This document shows, in pieces, positions 13,438 through 33,341 of a stretch of 64,000 nucleotides of DNA. The DNA lies in NCBI RefSeq assembly GCF_902459465.1, contig NC_047083.1, positions 186,001 through 250,000 of the forward strand, read 5' to 3'. Within the stretch, counting starts at the first letter, position 1. Each line of letters starts with the position of its first letter. The notes under the pieces are model-generated. The model did no database searches, had not been told where the DNA came from, and saw only the letters and a list, made by a program, of their open reading frames with translations. A program made the position numbers and the translations under genes. The stretch is from Asterias rubens. Lineage: Eukaryota.

Positions 13438-13730
13438 CTGGGAATGATCGAAAATGGAGAATAAATCCCGTCCTAGTTTTTTGGCGATGTTCCCTTTTGA
13501 CACCGCACACCGAAGACAGCGAGCTACAAATCACGTGACACAAGAACCAATCACTGAATGGTCAGCTGAAGCAGCAACTATTCTTGCTCTTACATCAAGT
13601 GGGTTTACACCCGTTGAATAAATCAAAGTTTGTCAACTCGAATCAAATTCTTGCGGTCAAAATTCACCCTTGTTACAAAAACAAATGTATTCTTCACTGT
13701 CGTTACACAGTAAAATCTTTAAAAATAGAA
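13438..13730 (-). promoter_or_regulatory. Putative non-coding first exon and promoter of the Glu/Arg-rich gene
   Basis: Strong donor CCCAG|GTAAGC at 13438 pairs with acceptor TTTCCCAG| at 4204. The exon is CpG-containing and has no ATG. Nearby motifs: TCACGTGA 13531-13538, CCAAT 13547-13551, CAGCTG 13563-13568, MEF2-type TTAAAAATAG 13719-13728. Confidence 0.55.
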
Positions 13731-16700
13731 CAAATTGATAATTAAAGGAAGAGACACTGGTTGACAGCAATTGAATATGCTGAATTAAAAGGAAAAAGGA
13801 AAAAGTTCATGACTTTTGTAGTCGAAGCAGACGACAGAAAACGATACGTTTTGGACACATAATGGAAGAGTCGATCGTTCATTCCTGGGGTCGACGTTCC
13901 TCAATAATTATGAACCATCCCTCTTTGGTAAAAACGGACTCAGCTTTAGCTCTTTGGTAAAACCATCATAAATTCGATGACTTTTAATTTAAACTATCCA
14001 TGAAAAGAGTTGCCATGGGAATTATCAAAACATAAGAAAAAGTTAATTGTAAACATATTTGCCCATATTTGGAAATGTTGACTTAATTACGTAATGTTTG
14101 CAAGTCATCATTGTTGGCGATGTTAATCTTTGAAACGCTCTCAGTCCCTGATCTCCATGTAGATGGCCGGAGTTTATTTCTAGCGACACCAAAATAAACA
14201 TCTGTTTACACTGTCCTTACTCTATGGTTTACACGATAGGCCTTTAGGGATTATCCAGTATTAATATCGTGTTAAGAATTTCAACAATTCTGTTCTTGTT
14301 TGCTGTTAAGTGATCGTTCCTTAGGAAAGATTTGTGGGTCTTAAAATATTTTCGATTTGTGGCGTTTTTATTTGACATTTTAAATGACATAGAAAACATT
14401 TCCCTCTGTACACAAAGTTTCAATTGATGGTAACTTCGACATTCCAAAATAATGTTGTAACCATACTTCTTTATCGAAAAAACACAATTTCGCCTCTGAC
14501 TTTACTTTTGTCCTTATAAGGAAACTCCCAAATGGTGTTTAAGACGTGTGAGTAAACGAGGATATTTCACACACACAGAACCATTGAAAAAAGTCCCCCT
14601 ATGACCGTGGAGGAAGGAATGACAGACCACAACAAAAGCAAAACAATGATACCATTGTTTAAATCTAGCTACAGCTGGGCTAGATCATAACGATGACGTA
14701 ATTTTAAGAAGTCACCCTTGATTTCGATGATACTATTGTCGTGTCTGTTGTTGTTGTCGTTGTTGTGACAATAAGACGAAGATATCGAAATAATAAGAAG
14801 ATGACTTATGAATAAAGGTCATTTCATTCACTGTCTTCATATCCCTTGAAGAAGATCCTGATACCATCTTGTAACCTTTTAAGACGGTCCCTTACACTGC
14901 CGTCTGGCCCACAAGCTCAACGTGAAATATAAATATCTTAAAGGAAAGGCATGTTATAAGGATTGAATCGCCTGCTTTACGGAATGCGAGGAATTCTACG
15001 ATAAAGTAAGATAGGAAAACCCGGCTGTATATCTGTCGGCCTCAAGGGAATGGGGCTTAAGGAAATTGGCTTACTCCATGTAAATAAATAAGTAGATAAC
15101 ATAGTACATAAATGTTAACTAGTACAGAATGAAGTGACGAAATGCATGGGAATTAAAACATTTCTGGTCTGTTTTACCATGGTTTGACAAAAAGCAATTT
15201 CCAAAATTTCCTGAAGAGTAATTATGTTGGTTATCATAGAGCTGACAAAAGAGCGGGGGGGGGGGGGATTAAAATAAACACTGCCCTCTATCGGCATCAA
15301 TACATCTTTCTCCCAATTAATAAAAACTCTATAATGACATAAGATAGTCAAAAATGTTCACAAGTTTTATCAGCATGTTGTATCAAAAACAGGTTTATTC
15401 AACTTAAGATTCAAAGCAGTGCGATAAGAAATGTGTTTTTGTTTGTTGCTGTTATTTGCAAACATTCTATGATGTGGTCATAACATACACTACATATGGA
15501 CTTGGGGATCACAATACAAAGAACACTTCAGAACCATTTAAAAGATTATTGATCAACTAATAATAGTAGACTCACAATGTCTCTTACAAGACAAAAAAGA
15601 GAAGAAAAAATAATAAATTCAAAAGAATGTTCACAACTGTTCTCTACATTTTATTAAACGGGTCACACAATGTACAAAATGCAAGTCCGAGAATATAAAA
15701 TAGCAAAAAATGTGGAATGAAAAATGTCTGCAAATGTCATCAAACATTAATGAAAATAAAACGGGGGCAGTACAAATAAAAATGCAGAAAGTTATTATCA
15801 ACTTTCTAACACCCCAAACATTTTCCTTGGTTGATATCTAAAACAGTGAAATTGTCAGAATTAATCAAAACTCAGTAAAACAATTCCTTATTGACAACTT
15901 ATAACAAAGCACTGCAATAACTGTAAATCATATTGGAAGAATAAACTATTAAAAGAAGATCCCTTGGGGTTTGCAACAGGCATGTCTGTTTCTTAAATGC
16001 CAAATCTTGTAATTAAAAAACCAGTCGAGTATAACAGACAATAAGAAATGAAACTCAACACTTGATTTAATAAACAGATGTTCGTCTAACCCTTAAAAAT
16101 AATTGGTACAAGAGCTCCCTCTAGTGGTCAGATGTATCCAATAATGAATGGGAAGATGATATTGGTGTCTGGGGAAAGATCGCCTCTTAAAGGGCAAACC
16201 TCAAAAGAAAAAACCTCATTTTAAAGGGCAAATTTTCCAAAAAGAAAGACCTTATTTTAAAGGGCAAACTTTCTCAAAGAAAACAGTCTCTGGAATGCAA
16301 TGTATAAAAATTGCCAGCCTGTGATATCAAATTTACAACCAAATAACTAACGAAGCATTTTAAGATGTCACAATTATTTCTTGAATACAGCAACTTTGTT
16401 GGTACTTGCAGTTCACATTTGAAATGTATTTCTTGTCATTGATCATCTCAAGATGATAGCATCACTCTGGGCATCTATCCTTATCATATTATACAGATCA
16501 ATGTAACAACAAGGAGGCTAAGGTAAAAAATAGTCTGGAACCTTGTTTATGTACTGCAGTAAAATATTACATTCACACGTGTATAAACAGTATGGTTCTC
16601 CCTTAACAACAGTCCACTGGCCAAATGCCAGGTAACATAACAGAGGACAAGCCTAACTTTACTCCAAGTGGTCTGGCTGGCTAGTTCTGTGTTGAAAAGC

Positions 16701-16827
16701 ATCCTATTTTATATGAAATATGGACAAGTGAAAACCTTGGGGACTATTGAAACGACTAGACAAACTCACTGGTCTGGCTGGCTAGTCACTGAAAACATTA
16801 AGGGCAAACCCTGTATGGAACTTGAAG

Positions 16828-16942
16828 ATGTTGGTTGCCCAATAAAGATGTACTGTTAGAGTTTATTACAAGCAGGTCTCATGACGTTTCCATGTTGGTT
16901 GCCCAATAAAGGTGTACTGTTGGAGTTTATTACAAGCAGGTC

Positions 16943-16957
<15 letters not shown>
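16828..16957 (-). repeat. 64-bp tandem duplication spanning the RUVBL2 stop codon
   Basis: Copies 16828-16891 and 16892-16955 differ by 2 substitutions. Confidence 0.93.
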
Positions 16958-25299
<8,342 letters not shown>

Positions 25300-26492
25300 T
25301 TTGCACGTGTGATGATTTCATCTAGTGATTTTCAATCACAAGGGGGCGCTATAACAACAATTTATCGGCAGATTTCTGAACAGGGGGGGGGGGGGGGGCG
25401 GGGGCTAGTATAAGAAGTGTGGAGGGGGAGGTGAATGACCTTTGAGCGTTGGTATTGCTTGCTGTTATTTGTTTTGCGATTAGCACTTTAAGCTACTTAA
25501 AACAAATTAAATCATTCTCACAATCTAATCTCTCTTTTCTTGTCAAAAGATAACTGTTGGCGGATTAATAAAATTGCCTAAATATCTCAGCAATCTTGTG
25601 GTTCATTGATCAATGTGCTTTTCCCTGCACTTTGTACTCTAACCATGGAGCTCTATGACCCTAGCGAGACCGATGTTAAAAGAGAGCCATGAACAGCTCA
25701 ACAAGGTGGGCTATTCGTATCCCTGCTTAGAGGATAAAAACTTGTCAACAAAAGTGTTCATAATAAGAAAGAGTTTGAACGTTTGGTTTAATGTTTATAA
25801 GAACGATCGCATCATCCTTATTTTACTGAAACGAACTTTTATACTCAGAAATTGTGGGATAGTGAACCCCACAATATTTAGGAGTAAATAAAAGTTAAAA
25901 TTTACTACAAGGAAACCTTCCTATGACAAAAATTGTGTGGAATCTCAATAATCACTCTGTACATCTTTTTCTCAGGTAAAAGAATGTGCAGCGTATAATA
26001 TTCTGCTTTTAAAACAGCTTTACGAAAATATTGGGCTCCAGTGCCCATTATTTTCAAAAAGCTTGTAAGCACGCAAAAACTTGCTCAGCACAATAAACGT
26101 TTTTTTGGTGAAAATGGATTACCAACCAGAATAACACCCAGTTACAATTGCTGCCACTGGTATCATTGTAATGTTCTTGCTTAGCCAAGAAAATAATATT
26201 ATTGCTAAGGTCCTGAGAGTTCGAAGTTTGTGGTCCGAGTATAGGGCGCCCTCTATCCAAATCCTATGGCGACATTGTTGACATTTTATGCGGAAGTCCT
26301 ATTGATTATACACGTGTGGTATATGCGGCGCGGTGTGGCGCTCTCTACCGTTATAAAAATAATCATCTAGCAAACTGGCCACTATTAACCACAGCTGATC
26401 GCAGGCTGATAAATGTTGAAGGTCAGCTAAATGAATTCAACACATTGTAAAAAACCTTCACTCTATGCACTACATCTCACCACAGCAGCAAA
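25300..26492. promoter_or_regulatory. Divergent (probably bidirectional) promoter region between RUVBL2 and the SDR gene
   Basis: Start codons at 25299 (-) and 26493 (+) point away from each other, 1.19 kb apart. CACGTG at 25304-25309 and 26311-26316, ETS-type CGGAAGT near 26291, G-run 25383-25404, CpG-rich ends. Confidence 0.6.
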
Positions 26493-29400
26493 ATGTCCAC
26501 GAAATTAATTTTATATTCCGCGATCACGCTGTGTTTCAACGCCCAGGTTCTACGCCGTTATCTACGGGACGAACTTCTGCTAACGTTTCCCTACGTTCTC
26601 GTACTTATTCTTCCTACGGTAACCCAACCATTTTGTCAGTACTTTCTGGGTGGATTTTGCGGTGTTTTTGTGTTTGCTATTGCAGTGTACACTTTGTATG
26701 AGAATCTTCCACAGCAATATGTCAACGTTAAAGATAAAGTCGTCTTGATGACCGGTATGTACAATTCTTTTGTAACTTGTTGAAATGATTATTTATCCGA
26801 TTTATAAATTAATAAAAAAGATTGCATTTATAATTATTATTATGTTTTATTTATTGAATCTTAGTTAATTGAGGAAGTGATTAAACAAAAAATGCTATTA
26901 ACTGATAAAGATTCTAAGAAAGTATAAAACAACCAAGAGTTTGTATTTTGTAATTTGATTGTCAGTGTAGTAGACTTTTTAGTGTATTATTAACGTTAAT
27001 TCTTTCGTAAAATTTGAAAGGGTTGGGCTTATTTATAATAAAAAAACATAGTCTGATTTATTCATGTCAATTGTTGTGTTCGGCTCGGTACGATTTGGGT
27101 GTAAAATCAGGAAGTAGTGGATTTTGTTTAAAAAAAGCAACTCAATTCTCAAATGTTTTAGCTAAAAATGTTGTGTTCTTGAATGTTGACAGGAATTATC
27201 ATGAGACAATTTTAATATCCACATCAAAATTTAGATTAATATTTTCAATGCTCCCAAGTTTGAAGAAAGTTTCTGCAAAACAACCTAAATCTAAATCTGA
27301 TTTACAACATTGACAAATGAATCATTTCCACTGTAAAAAAATGTCATTATAGCAATGCGGAAAGATTTCCGTACCAAACTGTCCATGCCATAACTTTTTC
27401 ACCAATTTTTACTGAAAGGACTCATTTGGGTAAATTTATATTTCAATCATAAACGAATGAAAACAAACGTTTTGCAGGATGCAGACAACTTTCCGTTACC
27501 CCTTCTACAGTTCTGAGCGACAATGGAAAATTTTTTAAATGATCTGGGGTTGATAAAAAACCTTGACTAAAGCAGGATTTTAACCTGCTGCGACTTTCGG
27601 ATCTAGTGCTCTACCATGGAGGAAGAATCTACCAACTGCACTATCTATCTAGCCTGATGTTGGCAATCGCCTTGTGGGTGGGTGTCGGTCAGAAACCATC
27701 TTTTTTTCAACCCCAAATGTGCCATTTGCGTGTTAGATTTAATAATTGTCTGGTACAATGACGTGCTTGATCGCAAGTTACCATTTAAATAAAATAAAAT
27801 TAAAATAAATAAATAAATTTGAATTCATCAGACTATAGAGGCAGTTGCTATGTCGCATGATAGGGGGCAAGCTTTTGCAATGAGTCTGCTTATGAGTAGC
27901 TATACAAAAGCTTGTCTGAACCATTTGACATAGCAACCGTCTCTATGGTCTGAGGAGTTCAAACTTAAGTGCTAACTTGTGACTAAGCGATTCATTGTAC
28001 CAGGCATTATTCAAGTCTAACTCGCAAATGGCTTATTGCATAGAATTATTATAGAAGATGTTCGAAGCTGCTATCTTTTAATTTTATAGATTTTCTAAGC
28101 TTCTGATTGTTGATTCAATTGAATGTTGATTGTAAGAAACTGCTGGTACATGCAGATCTAGAAACTTTGCTGGTCATTGACCCTAGTCCATTGTGATAGA
28201 ATTTCCTGGGGACAAAAGAAAAGATAATTCTATAGTTCAAGAATTAAAAGTTTCTTAAAGGATGAGCTACTGGGCACCAACATTGCCTGGGACGGTTGGC
28301 CTGAAGCCAGTAGTTTTAGTGTCGTGTCAGTAAACTTATGACTGGACAAGTCCAGTGGTCTTGTGTTTTTCAATTGAATAATGATTGATACATCTATAGG
28401 CCTATACCGACCGTGCTGATGTTCAAATATTGACTTTTGAGTCTGAAAAATACAATTTTATAAGTACTTTTAAATTAAAGACCAGTTTTTATGAAGTATT
28501 CCTCTCATTAGTGTGGTATGATTTTAATTTTTGAAAAAAATGGAAATTTGATATATTAATCAAGGCTTGTTAGCATCACCCGTTATTGAAATACACCACT
28601 ATCCAGATGACTGATAGACAAGTTTATGTTTCCATGACCCCATTGCTAAGGTCATGATTAAATAGTAAACAGAAATATGATATGGTTCAGATGAATCGAG
28701 TGGCTAGAAATGGCAGCATGTACCACTCGCTGTTCCTTTGACTCCGTGTTGACCATCTACGATAGGAATTCCAGACAGCGAGATCATACTTTGACATCTA
28801 ATTAATTCAGAAACAGATGGCCTCCATACACTAATGACAACTACGTCCAGTAAAGCAAATGCAGTGGATCAGGGCAAAATTTCACAGCGAAAAATATAGC
28901 GCAGCTTGGCAATGTTATGCTTCAAATACCAGACCAGCCGAATAACCATGCCACAGTACAATGTGAGAGTGTTATCCTGCTTAGCAGAATAACCATGCCA
29001 CAGTACAATGTGAGAGTGTTATCCTGCTAAGCAGAACAGAAAAAAAAAATTAACCAATATTTTCTGTTTTTGAAAGCACAAAATTCATAGCGTTGCTTTA
29101 GCAACCTTAGCAATATGGCTTTCCAGCAAAAATATCATGATACAATAATTATTTGTAAATTAGATTCAAAGGTTAAAAAGCAAAATTAAACAAACATTCT
29201 GGAAATAAAAGCAAATTTGTTTTTAACATCATGCTTAGTAGAAGGGTTCAAGAGATAAAGTCTGCCAAATTAAAACAGGGAGATTGTTCCATATTTCTAC
29301 ACAAAATCATTTAAAGATACGCACATTTTTGCTAAGCAAAAGAATTGTTAAAAGCACTAGTTTGTGCTTTTTAGATGTCTTGCTTTCTCTGTTTATGGAG

Positions 29401-32400
29401 GTTCAGATCTCCATGTTCTTAAAGATGAAGAAGGGAAGAATGAATAATGCCTCATGTTCATTTGTTACCATTTATGGAGCCCAATCCTTTGAACCATTGA
29501 GAATAGACCACAGCCCCCCCCCATGCCTGTCATTAGATCTCCACATCCTTTGTTTGTTCCTTGTTTATGGCTGGTATTCATTGACCCCAGTTAACTTCTA
29601 CCTGGTAGTGAACAATGGTAACCCACAGACTTATGCATTGCCTGGGGTCCTTCCATACAAACAGAAATATACAGAACTGTATAAATTCAGGGACCGTCTC
29701 AAATCATTTCCTGTGTCTTAAAAGTAGGTTGGGTTTTATAGCAAACCTTTATACCAAAATAGACCTTTTCGCAAATACCCATTGCACGAGCGCGATCATT
29801 TGAATAAGGTGCATGCTGGTCTAGCTAAAGCGTTCAAACTTGATCGCTAGCTAGACCAACATGCATGCTGGTCTAGCTAGCGTTAAAACTTGATCGCTAG
29901 CTAGACCAACATGCATGCTGGTCTAGCTAGCGTTAAAACTTGATTGCTAGCTAGACCAACATGCATGCTGGTCTAGCTAAAACGTTCAAACTTGATCGCT
30001 AGCTAGACCAACATGCATGCTGGTCTAGCTAGCGTTTAAACTTGATCGCTAGCTAGACCAACATGCATGCTGGTCTAGCTAGCGTTCAAACTTGATCGCT
30101 AGCTAGACCAACATGCATGCTGGTCTAGCTAGCGTTAAAACTTGATCGCTAGCTAGACCTATTTCTACCTCCATGGCTCTACCAACATGCACCTCATTCC
30201 ACGCCTAACGCCTGCTGCGTACCGAGTATTTGCAATTATAAGGTCTATGGCTTGTGTGATAAATAAGCAGATAGCGCCCTCACCTGCATGAGGAAGAACA
30301 AGACACTGATAGTGTTTGATAACAATGATTATGGGTGGGTAACGAAAGCTTGCCTCTCACCATATTGTGGCCCTGGTTTGATTCCCAGCTAAGGCCTTGT
30401 TAGAAGAGTTGTGCATTGGTTCTCTCCCATGCCACAAGGGTTTTTTGTTTTTTATTTTTTATCCAGGTCCAGAAAAATCAGACACTTTTGATCTTTTGGT
30501 CAAGAATATTTACTATGCTTGAACTGGTCCCCAGAAATAAATGTCTCATGTGGCTTGAAGCTAACATGTGCTGCACGGCTGCACCTATGTGTAATGCTTG
30601 TTGTTTAAAGTGTATGGACCTCACATCTATAGGTTTGAAGCCATGGGGTTTATTAACACAGAAACGTCTGTGGAACTTTGGAGTGAGAGTTGGAGTAAGT
30701 TGATTCTGATTGAATTAAACATCATGCGATGATGGTTGCTGGATTCATTTCAGTCCATGTGTCAACCTCATGTGGTGAGAGCATCTCACATCTTGAAGGC
30801 CTCGACAAAAAATAAATTTGGGTTGAGGATTTGTTGGACAAAATACACTCGTTGAAAAGGTTTTCATTTTTCGTAGTGATCTAATAAAACTCACATTCTG
30901 TAAACTGATTGACAAATATGGTTGATGTACATGGGGGGTTAAGAGACGGGAATGGACAAGAAAATGTTTTGCCTTAGGACCTTGTCATTCCTGACAATTT
31001 TCTTTCAAGGAACTTAAAGGGAAGTTACGTTTGGTTATCACTCTTAATAATGGCAATACAAACTGTACAGCAGCTTTCAATCAAATAAAAGCATTTTGAA
31101 ATTGAATGGTTCACTTTGAAATAATGTCATATAAGAAAATTCTTGTTGCTCCTCTTTTTTTGTTGCTCTTCTAAAAAAATTATTTTGTTCATGAAATATT
31201 TATTTACAGATAAATGGCTTCTGACTGACACTCCGGAACAAAGATGTAGGACAACCGCCAACATAGGGCTGGATAGCTCAGTTGGTAGAGTACCTGCACG
31301 TTAATCCAGAGATTGATGGTTCAAATCCCTCGCATGTCAAGTTTTCTTTGTTCAAACCCAAAACTAAATATATTGTATATTTATGATGCACAGGTTGTGA
31401 CACAGGTCTGGGACATGCTACTGCTCTTTATCTGGACAGCCTTGGGGCTCATGTCTTCGCTTGTTGCTATGACAAAAATGGAACAGGAGAGCGAGACCTT
31501 GTTGCTAATAGTTCCAGTAGACTAACAACGATACAACTAGATGTTACAGATCAAGATCAGATTGATGAGGCATTGGATATGGTGAAGGATCTATTGAATG
31601 GAAGAGGTAAGAAGCGGCTTGAGGTGGAGACTATGGCCATGCTGGCGGCTTGAGTTGGAGACTATGACCATACTATGACCATACTTAAAATTAAGATGAT
31701 CAGAGCAGACTGATCGAAAAACATTCAATTGTCAACCACAGTTTATTTTCAAAACCAACACTACTCAAAAGAGGATGATGCTACGCCCCCCCGCAAACCT
31801 CTCTAGACAGTGCATTGTGTCTTTTAATTATTTGTGGTTTTCTTTAATTATTTAAGAGTTGTGGGGTTTGGTGAACAACGCTGGAGTCTGTCTTTACGGA
31901 GAGGCAGAAATCACAACGGTGGATGCATTCAAACGAATGTGGGAGGTCAATTGTTTGGGTCATTTCCGAATGGTCAAAGCATTCCTCCCTCTGCTACGTA
32001 TCTCCAAGGGTAGGATCGTCAATGTTACTAGCATGTGTGGTAAGTCTCAATGACAAAATGAATTATAAAACTATTTCAGCATCTCAGAGATAGATTAATT
32101 ATCACAGTCAAGAAACGCTCAAAAGTGTCTTAATACCATCAGCTGAAATAGCTGTGTAGAGAATAGGAAGGCTTTACATCCCATCTGATGGACAAAGCAA
32201 TGATGGTTCTATAAGTGTCTTGCTCAAGGGCACAAGTGTCAATACTGTGACTCAAATCCACATGAGGGATTCATTTCATGGCTAAAAATTTCATCTACAA
32301 AAGGTATCAAACCCCTTTAATATTTCAGGAGTATGGTTGAGGTGAAATCACAGTTCAGCCAAGACTCTTCACAGACTCCTTTACTAAAATCAATTCCTTA

Positions 32401-33341
32401 CTATTGTCTTGCTAGATAAAGTAGCCACACCCAGTTTCCCAGCTTACTGCAGCTCCAAGTCGGCAGCTTTTGGCTTCTCTAACGTCTTAAGGATTGAGCT
32501 CCAGAAGTGGGGAATTAATGTCTCTATCATCGAACCGGGAGGCTTTAAAACTCGTAAGTTCTTGAAAAATGTTTTTCTCTCCATATGTTAGGGAACAAAA
32601 TCATGTCCCTTAACCTTATACCAAAATATTGTAAATATTGCTGCTTAATTGTGCATTATTTTTTCGGAAAAACTTTCTAGAATCAAACTTGAAAGCTAAT
32701 CTTTTTCGAAAAGTTTTAAGAAAAAACTGATAGAAGTTGTTACAAAGGTGCAAACACTTGTGAACAATTGCTGACTTTTATTTGGTTTAAATGAAAATAA
32801 GATGTTTATTTCTTGATTTATAGAAGCTGTAGTGGGTACTCAGCTCCTTACAGAGTACCAGCGGCTCCTTGGTTCCCTAACCCCGAAGGTAGCAGACGCT
32901 TATGGTAAGAGGTATTTTAGCACAGCGCTAGCCTCCATGTATAAGTCAGATGATATCCGACTGTTGGAAGACTTTTCACCGGTAAGCACTGCTGTTGAGC
33001 ATGCTCTCTTTGCTAAAAGTCCACGCGCTCAATACTTATGCGGGGTACCAGCTGTGATTATGTCATGGATAGCCAATCATCTGCCAGCATTTTTTAATGA
33101 TTTGATGGGGTCGTTGGTAACTGGGACATATATCCCGCAAAGCGCCCTCCCTACGGATGAAGAACGCGTAGCGACTGCTGAGAGAAAGAAACAAGAGCGA
33201 ATTGCCAAGAATCAACGCGCTAACATGCCGGCAAAACAAGTTCACTTTAAGATGGATACTAGTGAACCTAGTAACCAAGGTAACCAGGATAGTACTAATA
33301 GTGTCAAGAATATCCCAGATTCAACCCAGAATGGAACATAA
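26493..33341 (+). CDS. Short-chain dehydrogenase/reductase, SDR9C-type (retinol dehydrogenase / 17beta-HSD2 / BDH1-like), N-terminal membrane anchor, 437 aa
   Basis: Exons 26493-26754, 31394-31606, 31857-32039, 32416-32553 and 32824-33341 (1314 nt, all phase-1 introns). Motifs: TGCDTGLG, QLDVT, LWGLVNNAG, VNCLG, GRIVNVTS, YCSSK (YxxxK), IIEPGGFKT. Two hydrophobic N-terminal segments. Confidence 0.93.
27829..27952. mobile_element. MITE
   Basis: TIRs CAGACTATAGAGGCAGTTGCTATGTC / GACATAGCAACCGTCTCTATGGTCTG (3 mismatches). Confidence 0.7.
29759..30248. mobile_element. MITE (ATAGACC...GGTCTAT ends) carrying a hairpin tandem array
   Basis: Imperfect TIRs ATAGACCTTTTCGCAAATAC / GTATTTGCAATTATAAGGTCTAT. 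Confidence 0.65.
29811..30159. repeat. 7 x ~50-bp tandem array of self-complementary units
   Basis: Unit GCATGCTGGTCTAGCTAGCG-TT(A/C/T)AAACTTGAT-CGCTAGCTAGACCAACAT. Confidence 0.95.
31213..31365 (+). mobile_element. tRNA-related interspersed repeat (SINE-like)
   Basis: A box TAGCTCAGTTGGTAG and B box GGTTCAAATCC, but no paired acceptor or anticodon stems. Relatives at about 27568-27700 (-), 47262-47395 (-) and 47728-47906 (inverted pair). Confidence 0.75.

Noticed and set aside
29284-29721. 145-aa intronic ORF
   Set aside because: Non-ATG start, no recognisable motif, no splice support; consistent with chance.
31262-31335. Additional tRNA genes at about 31270 and 47820
   Set aside because: A and B boxes only; acceptor and anticodon stems do not pair and the tails are shared with a repeat family.
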